Source of the DNA: Mustelus asterias
Lineage: Eukaryota
DNA length: 64,000 nucleotides
Assembly (NCBI RefSeq): GCF_964213995.1
Contig: NC_135806.1
Span: forward strand, 24,862,001-24,926,000
Reading direction: 5' to 3'
Shown: piece by piece, positions 1 to 11,349 of the stretch
How the letters are laid out: each line of letters begins with the position of its first letter
Numbering within the stretch: the first letter of the stretch is position 1
The notes under the pieces: generated by a model
What the model was told of the DNA's origin: nothing
The model's input: only the letters and a program-made list of their open reading frames with translations
Databases searched by the model: none
Translations under genes and position numbers: made by a program

Positions 1-545
1 GGAGTGCGTGGGGTCCATGATTATGCTGGCTACTTTTCTGAGGCAGTGGGAAGTGTAGACAGAGTCAATGGATGGGAGGATGGTTTGCATGATGGACTGG
101 GCTTCATTTACGACCCCTTTGTAATTTCTTGCGGTCTTGAATAGAGCCGGAGACATACCAAGCTGTGGTACAACCAGAAAGAATGATTTCTATGGTGCAT
201 CTGTAAAAGTTGGTTTGCGTCGTAGTGGAAATGCCAAATTTCCTTAGCCTCCTGAGAAAGTGAAGATGCTTTCTTAACTATAGCATTGGCGTGGAGCGAC
301 CAGGATAGGTTGTTGGTGATCTGGACACCTAGAAACTCGACCATTTCCATTTGTCCCCATTGATATAGACAGGGGCATGTCATCCACTCCACCTCCTGAA
401 GTCGATGACTATCTCCTTCATGATGTTGACATTGAGGGAGAGATTATTGACATTGCACCAGTTCACCAGATTCTCTATCTTGTTGCTGTACTCCGTCTCA
501 TCTTTGTTTGAGATCCGACCCACTACAGTGATGCCATCAGCAAAA
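1..545 (-). mobile_element. Rex1/Babar-type non-LTR retrotransposon, decayed RT C-terminal fragment
   Basis: Minus-strand translation gives FLGVQITNNLSWSLHANAIVKKA, followed (after a frameshift) by an LRKFGISTTTQTNFYRCTIEIILSGC-like motif typical of the Rex1/Babar RT 3' end. Same family as 18885-19175. Confidence 0.75.
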
Positions 546-1625
546 TTGTTACAGTCATAGCTAAGGTATGGAGAAAGATTAGAGAGTTTATAAGAGTTAG
601 AGTTTTAAAAGCATAGAACAAGAGTAAAAGATAGAATTAGAAGGTATTCTGGGGATAGCTTGCAAGAAGTCGCCTCGTTCCAGCACCATCCTTTGCAACT
701 TAGCCGCTGCTATTTGAAAATATCAACATTGTAGATAATTTACATATAAAATCAATTTACCAAAAGATCAAAATCCTTTTTCCAAAGAAATCAACACCAT
801 TTCCTTCAACCTTTATCTGATAGCTTATTTTTTTTATATATGGAATCATTATTTCTCACCCCTTCTCTCTTAAAGGCAATAATATCCTTTGTGTTTATGT
901 AAGCAGAACTATCAGCAGGTTCCAGATGGAACATAGAAAGATATCTGCCAAGCTTAAGTAATAAAGAATAAGCATCTGTGTAGAGTCTGAATGTAACAAA
1001 TGTCTCAGTAGATTCTGGAGCTCTTAGCTAACTGTAATCAGAAATCTTGAGGCAAATGTGCAGATAATCACTCTAAAATATTTCCTTTGAATAAATATAC
1101 TCTTTTAAGGTAGTGCAATAAACCTAAGATCAACAACTTTTGATTTATCCTGGCTTATTGAACAAATTGGGCCAAAGGAACTCCATGTGTGGAGGCAGAA
1201 GATGTGGGCATGTTTCTTAATTGATGCTTTACATTTGTCTTCACAACAGAGGGAATGAAGCAGACACTAAAGTCAGGAGGAGGAGTGTGAACTATTGGAT
1301 GGGATAAATATAATGAGAGAGGAAATATGATGGGGTTTATAAAATATATTCTGATTGCCATTTCTTATTTTTAAACAGGACTTTTCATCTTGGCAAAGAC
1401 CATTAAAATGGCTGACCTTCTGTCTGTGAGTCACCAGAAGAAAATAATATATTTCTCAGTTTCAGGAATGTCAGACCTCATTATGTACTCGAAGTGCCTT
1501 GATCTTCTACCAGACAACTTGGCCACAGTTCAGCACAGCCCAACTTCAAAGGGAACTACCAGGAGGCCATTTTCATTTGATAAACCACACTTGCTAGAGG
1601 GGTCTGTGAGTCTACAAGGACAATT

Positions 1626-1750
1626 GAGCAGGATTTTCCGGTCGCGCCCATCCAAGACCGGAAAATTCCCGCCTGAGCTCTTCAGACCCTTAAGCGGTCT
1701 GTCTCACCCGCAATGATTCCCACAGTGAGTGGAACCAGAAAATTTACCCC
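1626..1750. mobile_element. ~125 bp non-autonomous DNA transposon (MITE), probably Harbinger-type
   Basis: Imperfect terminal inverted repeats (GAGCAGGATTTTCC ... GAAAATTTACCCC). Related copies at 4240, 23768, 37307 and 63368. Confidence 0.55.
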
Positions 1751-1924
1751 AATCATTCCCAATCACCAGATCCTCAATAAATAGCACCTCTTACAACCCA
1801 TAATGGCTGAGACATTATCAGTCTGGAAACACAGACCCAATTTCCAGACACTGAATAAACATCCTTTTTGAAGACATTGTGGAGAGATAAGATCACATGA
1901 CCTAAGACTCTGTCTTGTTAAACA

Positions 1925-2075
1925 AAGTTGAAGGCAAATTACTGCAGATGCTGGAATCTGAAGCAAAAGCAGAAAATGCAGGAAAATCTCAGCAGGTCCG
2001 ACAGCATCTGTGGAAAGAGAATAGAGCCAATGTTTTCAAGCCTAGATGTTCCTTCGTCAGAGCTGACGAGGCATC
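1925..2075 (-). mobile_element. Penelope-like element pseudo-LTR fragment
   Basis: Sequence 'gatgctggaatctgaagcaaaagcagaaaatgcaggaaaatctcagcaggtc...' recurs at 23680, 29875, 40240, 43756 and 55455 and adjoins GIY-YIG coding sequence at 23660-24880. Ends in the palindrome TCGTCAGAGCTGACGA. Confidence 0.6.
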
Positions 2076-2376
2076 TGCAGGCTACAGATGGGGAAAATAT
2101 ATTTTGGGGGCTTCTGAGGGGGTGGGGTCTTATATATTGAACTGTTCAAATGGCCTCATGATGGAGAGAGGTGAGGCCCACATGAAACATAGAAACATCT
2201 ACTTCAGAGTGCTCAGATATCTCACACAATCAGGATGGATCAAAGAATACAAGGGGAGGACTGAGGGGTCTTGGAGAAAGGGAAATCTGATCATTAAGCT
2301 CCTCCAGGACAATAGGAGGGTTTCCACACTTACACAGGAAGGGTCCAAGCTGGTCTGGTAGTGAGAACTCAGCAAC

Positions 2377-3455
2377 AGAAGGAGTTGAGTCTGCACCAAC
2401 CCTCCAACAGAGCACCTTCCCCAGGCTCTATCTCCATAACTCCATGCATTTACCCCACTAATCATCCCAATGTAAACATCTTAGGACATTAAGGGGCAAT
2501 TTAGCATGGCCAATCAACCTAACCTGTAGAATGTACAGGGTAAATGGTAGGACTCTGAAGAGTGCAGTTGAACAGAGGGATCTGGGAATACAGGTACAAA
2601 ATTCCCTAAAAGTGACGTCACAGGTGGATAGGGTCATAAAGAGTGCCTTTGGTACATTGGCCTTTATAAATCAGAGTATCGAGTATAAAAGTTGGAGTGT
2701 TATGGTAAGGTTATATAAGGCATTGGTGAGGCCGAATTTGGAGTATTGTGTACAGTTTTGGTCACCTAGTTACAGGAAGGATGTAAATAAGGTTGAAAGA
2801 GTGCAGATAAGGTTCACAAGGATGTTGCCAGGACTTGAGAAGCTGAGTTACAGAGAGAGATTGAATAGGTTGGGACTTTATTCCCTGGAGCGTAGAAGAT
2901 TGAGGGGAGATTTGATAGAGGTGTATAAGATTTTGATGGGTATAGATAGAGTGAATGCAAGCAGGCTTTTTCCGCTGAGGCTAGGGGAGAAAAAAACCAG
3001 AGGGCATGGGTTAAGGGTGAAAGGAGAAAAGTTTAAAGGGAATATTAGGGGGGGCTTCTTCACGCAGAGAGTGGTGGGAGTGTGGAATGAGCTGCCGGAT
3101 AAAGTGGTAAATGCGGGGTCACTTTTAACATTTAAGAAAAACTTGGACGGGTTCATGGATGAGAGGGGTGTGGAAGGATATGGTCCAAGTGCAGGTCAGT
3201 GGGACTAGGCAAAAAATGGTTCGGCACAGACAAGAAGGGCCAAAAGGCCTGTTTCTGAGCTGTAATTTTCTATTGTTCTTTTCTATGGTTCTATCTTTGG
3301 ACTGTGGGTAGTAACAGGAGCACCCGGAGGAAACCCATGCAGACACAGGGTGAATGCGCAGACTCCACAAAGACAGTCACCCAAGGCCGGAATGAAACTC
3401 GGGTCCCTGGCACTGTGAGGCAGCAGTGCTAACTGCTGTGCCACCATGCTGCCCA
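2377..3455 (-). mobile_element. HE1/V-type tRNA-derived SINE, split by a CR1 insertion
   Basis: tRNA-like head (revcomp GGGCAGCATGGTGGCACAGCAGTTAGCACTGCTGCCTCACAG) at ~3410-3455. The body CCTAACCTGTA|TCTTTGGACTGTGGG is interrupted at 2528/3294. Confidence 0.85.
2529..3293 (+). mobile_element. Young 5'-truncated CR1 LINE (RT C-terminus plus 3' UTR)
   Basis: Uninterrupted ORF 2531-3208 (EQRDLG...LYKALVRPNLEYCVQFWSP...LERRRLRGDLIEVYKI...FFTQRVVGVWNELP), the CR1 ORF2 end. Terminal TTCTATGGTTCTA microsatellite. Confidence 0.95.
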
Positions 3456-4239
3456 GGCATGCCTTACTAGTGGACCACATGAGGATGATGACATTCAACC
3501 ACTTGCATGCCAGTTATTAAAATGCCTCCTCTTTAAGACACACGTTGTATTCACATGGCCATCCCGACTCTTATGAACTCCAAGATTCTCAGACAGCGCC
3601 AAGCCCTCAAGGTCACGAGTGATTGCTAATGAAGACCAGACTTCAGCTTCAGTACATCCACACTCCTATCCCATTGCTACCCCCCACATTGTCTATAGCT
3701 ATGATTTGTGCTTCCTGAGTATGCCCAAAGGCTCTATTGACCACCTATTACCACCATTTGCAATTGGCAGCACTTGTCTTGGCAAGTGTTTAGGTGATGG
3801 CCACGTGCTGCTTCTCAATAATGTGATGAGAGCCTTGTGGCCACAATTCAGACAACTACAGGTTGAGAAACACTCACAGTTGTAGGTTTGAGCACAAGGG
3901 CAATAATGTGGCTGAGAGGGGCAGAACCTCAGCATCTTGAGGTGGCAATATACTCCAATTTATGTGCACCACTCAGTCAAATGAAGTATAATGCATTTGT
4001 GGAGGTCATAAAAGACAAATGAACACATTCGGATACTGATAAGTGTAGAACAGCAGATCCCTTAAGGCAGTAGAACAGGAGGCTTAGGGTAGGTTATAAC
4101 AGAACAGTATAAAACACTAGCTGTATCACCATTAGGGTAATGCATACACTGGTCACATTCTGAAGGTCCTAAATAAAATGGATCGGAAGGAAACATTCCC
4201 CTTAGCAGAGCTTCTATAAGCAGTAGATAAAGATACGGT

Positions 4240-4366
4240 GGGGCAAATTTTCCCGTTCTGCCCACCATGGGAATCATAGCGGACAAGGGGCAGATCATGG
4301 AAAAGTCCGTTGATGTCGGGAAGAATTTTCCGGTTTCGGGGCGATCGTGACCAGAAAATCTCACCC
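4240..4366. mobile_element. ~125 bp MITE (same family as 1626)
   Basis: GGGGCAAATTTTCCC ... GAAAATCTCACCC imperfect TIRs; reverse orientation relative to 1626. Confidence 0.55.
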
Positions 4367-4635
4367 ATAAAGATTATATAAAGATAAAGAAGGGGTTTGG
4401 AAGGGAGCTAAGGATTTGGAACTCACTATCTGAAAGGGTTCTGGGGCAGAAACCCCATTCCATTTAAAAATTATGTGGATATGTATCTGAACTGCTGTCA
4501 CATACAAGGTCAATAGCTGGAAAGTGGGATTATGCTGGATAGCTGTTTTTCAGCTGGCATAGACATCCAAAAGACCTCCTTTTCTGCTGTAAAATTTCTC
4601 TGATCCTATATTTTCTTTTTCCATTGTTAATGCCC

Positions 4636-4935
4636 GCCTAGAGTCCAGCACTGCTGCCTCACAGCACCAGAGACCCAAGTTCGATTCCGGCCTCAGGTCA
4701 CTGTCTGTGTGGAGTTTGCACGTTCTTCCTGTGTCTGCGTGGGTTTCCTCCGGGTGCTCCAGTTTCCTCCCACAGTCCGAAAGACGTGTTGGTTAGGTGC
4801 ATTGGCTATGCTAAATTCTCCCTCAGTGTACCCAAACAGGCGCTGGCGTGTGGCAACTAGGGGATTTTCACAGTAACTGCATTGCAGTGTTAATGTAAGC
4901 ATACTTGTGACGCTTATAAATAAACTTTAAACTTT
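4636..4935 (+). mobile_element. HE1/V-type SINE with alternative 3' tail
   Basis: B-box-like GTTCGATTCC and V-type core TGTGTGGAGTTTGCACGTTCT...GGGTTTCCTCCGGGTGCTCC. Tail GGATTTTCACAGTAACT...GTAAGCATACTTGTGAC. Confidence 0.85.
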
Positions 4936-5890
4936 AGCAACCTTACAGGATCAGGAGGGAATCCTTTCATTTAAACATAACATCCAGGGTTTCAACCACC
5001 GCTTGGGATTGTGCAGAAACCCTATTCAGTGAGTACGACAGTTTTCCAGATCTTTAGGTCTTGGTACATACTGGTAAAAGTCCTGGCCTTCAGAGAAAGC
5101 ACTTGGATGTAATATCGCGCTTCACCCAGCATTTGGTAATTATATCGCATGTGCAACATTGAGGACTATTACCTACTCCTTCAGGCCACTATACAATTTT
5201 TATTTGCTGCATAAAATCAACAACTGAATGGAGTATAAAGTCAAATCCACCATTTCAATGTGAAATTATATTCAGTGAAATGATGCAATTAAATACTTGG
5301 TCAATGTCTGTAACACATATTGAACAGTAATTAATATTTCCATTGTATGGAATAACCAGATACTTCTTTAACAAACTAAAGAATTCAGATTTCATGAGTC
5401 ATTAAAGGCTATAATTTATCAGCCTTGGTATTTTAAGAAAGATCTGGCTGCCAGAAGTGCATTTTCTTCCTTAACTGTTTTCACAATCTTATAAAATGAT
5501 AAATGTGGCTATAAATTCAATCCGATCGCAATGGAATCAGATCAGGCAATCTGTGAAAATGCATATTTTCACACAAGAGCTCTGTTTGTGCTAAAGCTTT
5601 TCAAATGGTTAAAATCATCCATGAAAAAGCAGAAAAAACAAACACAGAGACCAGAATCTCAGGGGAATTCAACTCGGACAGCATAAGCCCATGTGTGATG
5701 TGTATAAACCATATCACTCGGCAATGCTGTCACTTTGAGTTGAGCCATATTAAAGTTCAGAGTGTCATAGAGAATCTCTGATGAAAAATATCTTTATATG
5801 GCTTCTGCAATATTTCAGAGCTTGCAGGAGTGATTGTTAATTAGCCTCTGTAGCCTGTTACTGAGGCTACAGGGAACGCGTTTAAATGTT

Positions 5891-6255
5891 TCATAGAATC
5901 ATAAAATCCCTACAGTGCAGAAGAGGCCGCTCAGCCCATCGAGCCTGCACCGACTGTCCCACAGAGTGCCTTACTCAGATCCTCTCCACCACCCTATCCC
6001 AGTAAACGCACACATTTACCATGGCTAATCCATCTAACCTATACATCTTGGGACATTAAGGGGCAATTTAACGTGGCCAATCCATCAAACCACCACATCT
6101 TTGGACTGTGGGGGGAAGCCGGTGCACCTGGAAGAAACTCACGCAGACAGGGGGAGAATGTACAAACTCCACACAATTGCCCAAGGCCGGAATTGAACCT
6201 GGATTACTGGAGCTGTGTGGTAGCAGCGCTCACCACTGTGCCACCATGCTGCCCA
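5891..6255 (-). mobile_element. HE1/V-type SINE
   Basis: Full head, core and CR1-type tail (CATAGAATC repeats) on the minus strand. Confidence 0.85.
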
Positions 6256-8303
6256 TGTCTAGAAATTCTGCAAATTATCCAAGCCAAGTATCTGTTGGTC
6301 TGTTAGCTTTTGAGGGTTAATGCATTTAGTATTTTTTAAAATTCGGTCACATAACACAGTTGAATTTCTACTAGCTTGCTTGTGGAAATGCATAGAAACA
6401 TTGATATTCTTTATGATCTGTGCCCAATAGCTTGCCTTGCATTTTACAGCAAAATATTTTCCACTGGTAATTGATTTGTCCTCATTTTACTACTTGGAAA
6501 CAATGGTTGCTGACAAAGTATCTTGATGCTCCCCAGCATCAAATTTGGAGATACCCCAAAAATGCACTGGGAAATCCCTCCAAGAGTTTCCCAGGTAAGC
6601 ATTGTATGATAATTGTCCAGAAGTCCTAATTTCGCCTGAACAGTTGAGCTGTGAATCATCTAGAAATGTGATTTAACTTTGGATGGTTCTGCTAGGGTTA
6701 CACGATAGTTACTCTGAAAAAGTTAGAATTAAGACCTCTTCTAACTTTTGGGTAACTATTTTAAGCAGCCAGGCTAATCCCGCATGGGACTCAGCCCACA
6801 ACCCCGACATATCAGGGGACCCCCCAACCCCCTGACTAACCCTCCCACCTCACCATGTTTCCCAACTCCAAACATGGGATTCCCCCCCAACCATTCACCC
6901 CCACCCCAGCCTGCAAGCCTGACTCTCAACCTTGATCCAACACAACCTGATCCCCTAAACCTGGCTGGAAGCCACCTCATCCCCACCCCACCTAGGTTCA
7001 CTCCACATTCCGATGTCCCAACCCAGCTGGACCACCCACCCTCGACCCAACACCTTCCCCCACCCCCAGATCCTCACGCAACCCATCCCAGTGTCCTATC
7101 CTCCCCACCCTCCCGATGCCGGCCCCTCACCCTCAATATCTAACTTTAAACTTCTCCCCTCAAAGTCAGCCCTTCAACCACTCCCCCCCACCCCTAATAC
7201 TGCACCCCCCCAAATCCTATCCACTTACCTTAGACACTTACCTTCTCCTTGGCCTGTAATTTTTAATCAGACATTTAAACTAACCTGCTCTCTCAGACTT
7301 TGATGCTGGAAACTGCACGGGCTGCATCTTGCTTGACCTTAATTGGGAGGTCAGGCAAAACAGGCATGGAAGACATTTCTATGCAGTGTGGCAATCCGAT
7401 GCTGATTGCTAATCCAGGGAAATTACAGCCCAATAAGACAAACTCACATTATGATCCTGAGTGAATAATGGCACATGTTTGATGAAGCAACAGTTTGCTG
7501 CATTTGTTGCAGCATCTGTAATAAAGCTGCAACTCTCCTTTCACGATAAACCAAGAGACTGAAAACGCGTGGCGCAGTCTGAAAACGTATTTGATATTTT
7601 GGGTGGGATTCCACATGCTAATCATTTGTTGCAGAAAGATACTTTTCCTAATGTTACTCCTGGTTCATTTACCAATCACCTTTAATCCATCCACATTAAA
7701 CCTAAGTGTTAAAGAAGAGGTTTTGAGGTTGTCTATACAAGCAAGTGTAAGTGGCAAAGTTCACTACACACATTATACGATTTGTGTCCTTTTAATCACA
7801 ATATATTCTGAAATGGTAATTATACAGCTGTTATTTTAAATGATGAACAATGTGCTGTTTGTCAGCGTGTGAAGAGAGCTTGGTCTTGCCCGATTACGTC
7901 AACTCATTGAATTTCTTGCAGCATTGCTCATTGCTAGTGCACCTCTCTTCTCATGGCCTAAGATTCTTTATTTGAAGATCCCATCCATGAAAAGCTAACT
8001 TTTTGTCACGCCTCTGTTACATCCACTTCAAGGAATGTTTGGATGTCTAGATCACAGATATTCTGAGCTCTTTATCCATCCAACTTTTTAAAGGTACTGT
8101 CACCAAATCAGACTTGTGTCACTTTTTTTCCACAGACATGTTTCAGAATAGCAAGGAGCTTGGAAGCATAACTGTTATATCAAATTAAATTGAAGGAGAA
8201 CTTTGGATATCATGCTTGTGATATGCTGCGACATGCATTGGTACATTTTTGCAGTCAGTCATTCTTCATGTGTGTACCCAAATAGTAAATAGTTGACCAG
8301 TAT

Positions 8304-9447
8304 TGCGGACCAGACCAGAAATTCCAATGTATATTATGCAGTTTGCTAAACCCCAAATTTTCCATTTGATTTTGTTATTAGGGTGAGCATAAGGTGTTTC
8401 ACTCTTGGTATGATGCAATAGAGGTGATGGCCTAGTGTTTTTATCACTAGGCTATGAATCAAGGAACTCAGCTGATGTTCTGGGGACCCGGGTTCAAATC
8501 TCACCACGGCCGATGGTCAAATTTGAATTCAGTAAAGAAATCTGGAATTAAGAATCTACTGATGACCATTGTTGATTGTCAGAAAAACCCATCTGGATCA
8601 CTAATGTCCTTTAGGGAAGGAAATTAGCCACCCACACCTGGTCTGGCCTACGTAGGACTCCAAACCCACAGCAATGTGGTTGACTCTCAACTGCCCTCTG
8701 ACATTCCCTAGAAAGTCATTCAGTTCAAGGGCAACTAGAGGTGGGCAACAAATGCTGGCCAGCCAGCGACACCCATGTCCCACAAATGAATAAAATAAAG
8801 TTGACCCACGAGGAAGCTTTTATCAAAACAAACTTTATTTAAAAACACAGTTGGAATATAACAAAAAGAATTAGTGTAACTTTTACCAATCATAATACTT
8901 AAATAGGACAAAGTATAATTCTTAACAGCTACCAATCTCCATTGTTCCAATTTAAAGCAATATCCCCACAGACATACACCCTTCTTCAGAATTAGTTAGC
9001 ACAAAAACAAGAGTGCTCATGTAGTGCTAGATTTCCAACCTTTTAACACTTCTGGACAGAGATCCAGACAGCAGTTTCTAGAGAAGGACATATCCTCAAA
9101 CAGCAACTCTCAGAAAAAGAAACACTCTCATTCAGCAGAATCTCAGAGAAAGAGACTTATCTCATGACAGATTCCAGTCTCAACTTCAGAGACAGGAAAA
9201 GAGATGCACTACTCACTCTGAACTCCAAGCAGCAGCTAAATAGCAACTAAGCTTGAATTCTCTGTGTAAGCCTAGCTCCACCCAGTCATATGGCCCTACT
9301 TGTCAATCAACCTAATCAAGCCCTACTCTGAAAAACCCTAGAGGAAATCTCAAAATAACTACCCTGCATTAGTCCAGATTAAAACAAACATTGTAGCAAT
9401 TAAGATCAATTATGCTACTGCAGTAGCAATACAGGATGCCGGTCACA
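8304..9447 (-). mobile_element. Probable decayed solo LTR, interrupted by a SINE
   Basis: TG...CA ends with imperfect inverted repeat (TGCGGACC / GGTCACA) and AATAAA on the minus strand at ~8835. No TSD recognised. Confidence 0.4.
8420..8797 (+). mobile_element. Second tRNA-derived SINE family
   Basis: A box TGGCCTAGTG and B box GGTTCAAATC. The 3' tail (GGGCAACAAATGCTGGCCAGCCAGCGACACCCATGTCCC...GAATAAAA) resembles the 3' end of the LINE at 21040-21120. Other copies at 16595 and 39660. Confidence 0.8.
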
Positions 9448-9496
9448 GACAAAACAGCACCGAAGTCTCAGCAAGTCTCAGATTCCTAACTTCTTT

Positions 9497-9826
9497 AGTG
9501 GTACAATGGTTAGAACTGCTGCCTCATAGTGCCATGGACCTGGCAGCGACCTAGCAGGGACCCAGGTTCCATTCTGGCCTAAGATGACCATCTGTGTGGA
9601 GTTTGCACATTCTCTCCCTGTGTCTGCGTGAGTTGCCTCTGGGTGCTCCGGTTTCTTCCCACAGTCCAGAGATGTGTAGGTTCGGTGGATTAGCCATTGT
9701 AAATGTGTAAGGGTACGGGGATGGGGTAGGGGACTAGGCCTGGGTAAGATGCATTTCAGGGAGTTGGTACAGATTCGAAGGGCTGAATGGCCCCCTTCTG
9801 CACTGCAGATATTCTATGGTTCTATG
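9497..9826 (+). mobile_element. HE1/V-type SINE
   Basis: Head, core and CR1-type tail ending ATTCTATGGTTCTATG. Confidence 0.8.
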
Positions 9827-9839
9827 GACAATAAAGGAT

Positions 9840-10800
9840 GCAGAGTTGGATCATGGGGGACAAGGACAGAGAACATGGCTGATGAAATCAGTTCGGCAGC
9901 CTTGGACTCCTGCTGAGAGAAGTTACAATGAGACTTATGCTGCAAACTGGAGTTTGGTGGAGCACATAATTGGAAACTGAAAATGAGGTTTCAGTGCCTC
10001 GACAGATCTGCTGGAGCACTGGAATACAGCCTCCAATGGGTGTCACACATCACTGTGATTTGCCTTCTCCTACACAACCTGGTAATACAAAGGGAGGAGC
10101 ATTTGGATGATGAGAGATGGAAGAACAGCACATCTCCTCCAATGAGGACAAGATTGAAGGGGAAGAGGGTGCTGAGGTCCGAGAAGACGAGTATGCCGGT
10201 ATGTATTTTTAACGCTGTATCATTTTATTTGACAATTCTAACAAATAACAATACCAGCAAGAGGGTCCAAAAAAGTTTCTAGAAACTAGATGGGCATGGC
10301 TTGGGGACACTGGCACACACCTTCCTTTCCTCAGCTCCATCTTTCCCATACTGCCATCCACACCCCCAGGAAGCGAATCACTATCCCTCTGCCAGACTCA
10401 CAATGCCCAGCTGTGTGGCATCTCACCCACCCTCAAATGCCAACTTTCACCTTTAGTGCTGCTTTCTTCTGAAGGAACAGCCTTCTGTTGACCTGACTTT
10501 TCCTCTGGTGGGCATGCAGAGCACAATGGAACATCCAACACACAGCACGACAGTCTGTGCGTGGCCGAACACTGTTGTGATTTTGTAGCTATCAGGACAC
10601 TTGACATCCATGAAGTAGGAATTGGGAACTTGCATCAGATGTTTCTCCTTGTGTTTCCTCTTCTCCTCCTCAGGAGACGGATGCAACAAATCTTTTGCCA
10701 GAGGCATCTTTAGCGTTGGCTCACTAGCGTGGAAAAAGGTGTTGAGGCCATTGTACTGGCCAAACGAGGCAAGTGTGTTCATGAGAACCTCATCATCACA
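9840..10800 (+). mobile_element. Harbinger/PIF transposase (HARBI1-like DDE_Tnp_4) C-terminal remnant, interrupted by the RPS27 retrocopy
   Basis: TWLMKSVRQPWTPAERSYNETYAANWSLVEHIIG / KMRFQCLDRSAGALEYSLQWVSHITVICLLLHNL matches the Harbinger transposase C-terminus. An acidic tail follows, and the protein appears to resume after 10740 ([20 protein letters not shown]). Confidence 0.8.
10205..10739 (-). pseudogene. RPS27: Processed (intronless) retrocopy of 40S ribosomal protein S27 (eS27); CDS 10453-10707
   Basis: [84 protein letters not shown] (84 aa, no introns). 5' TOP tract CCTTTTTCC at 10731-10739, AATAAA at 10224-10229 and residual A5 at 10206-10210. Could derive from RPS27 or RPS27L. Confidence 0.93.
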
Positions 10801-11349
10801 AGGATGATGACAAGATGCATTGAAGACAATCCTGAGATCTTCACGTTGTATCTAAGATGTCTGACACGTGTCTGGCTAAGAGCAGCGCACAAATGCTCTT
10901 CTCATAGTATAGAGATGCTATTGAGATACAACGGACACATGGATAGCCTTCAGCACCGATTCCCTTCAGCAGCACACCTTCATTTGTCTGGAATGCTGAC
11001 AGGATAGTGGGCAACCCCACTGCTAAGATGCTGAGAGGACACAGAGAGCATCACCGAACCCGGTGACGCTTGGGTACAAGATTCTTGCAGAAAACGCAAG
11101 CCAGATGCAGACCTCACTGATCTGGAGAGTGGCTTTGAAGCCGAACAGTGACTGTGCTCAGAAGGTTACGCACTGCACAGAGGAGAGACCCTAGACCACA
11201 ACACTAGCCCTCATTTTGTGCAGGAACCAAGGTTTCACATCTGATTGATCATAACAAGGACCAGCCATAAGAAGACATTCTTGGTTATGTACCTACAATG
11301 GTCAACATTCCATACAAGTGATTAACATCCGTGCCCATGTTATGCAACT

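Noticed and set aside
7448-7515. Possible minus-strand exon (TTACAG...GTGAGT)
   Set aside because: Weak pyrimidine tract, several competing acceptors, no recognisable peptide.
10708-10782. 25-aa N-terminal extension of RPS27 in the ORF track
   Set aside because: The upstream ATG lies in flanking Harbinger sequence beyond the TOP motif; the true start is at 10707.
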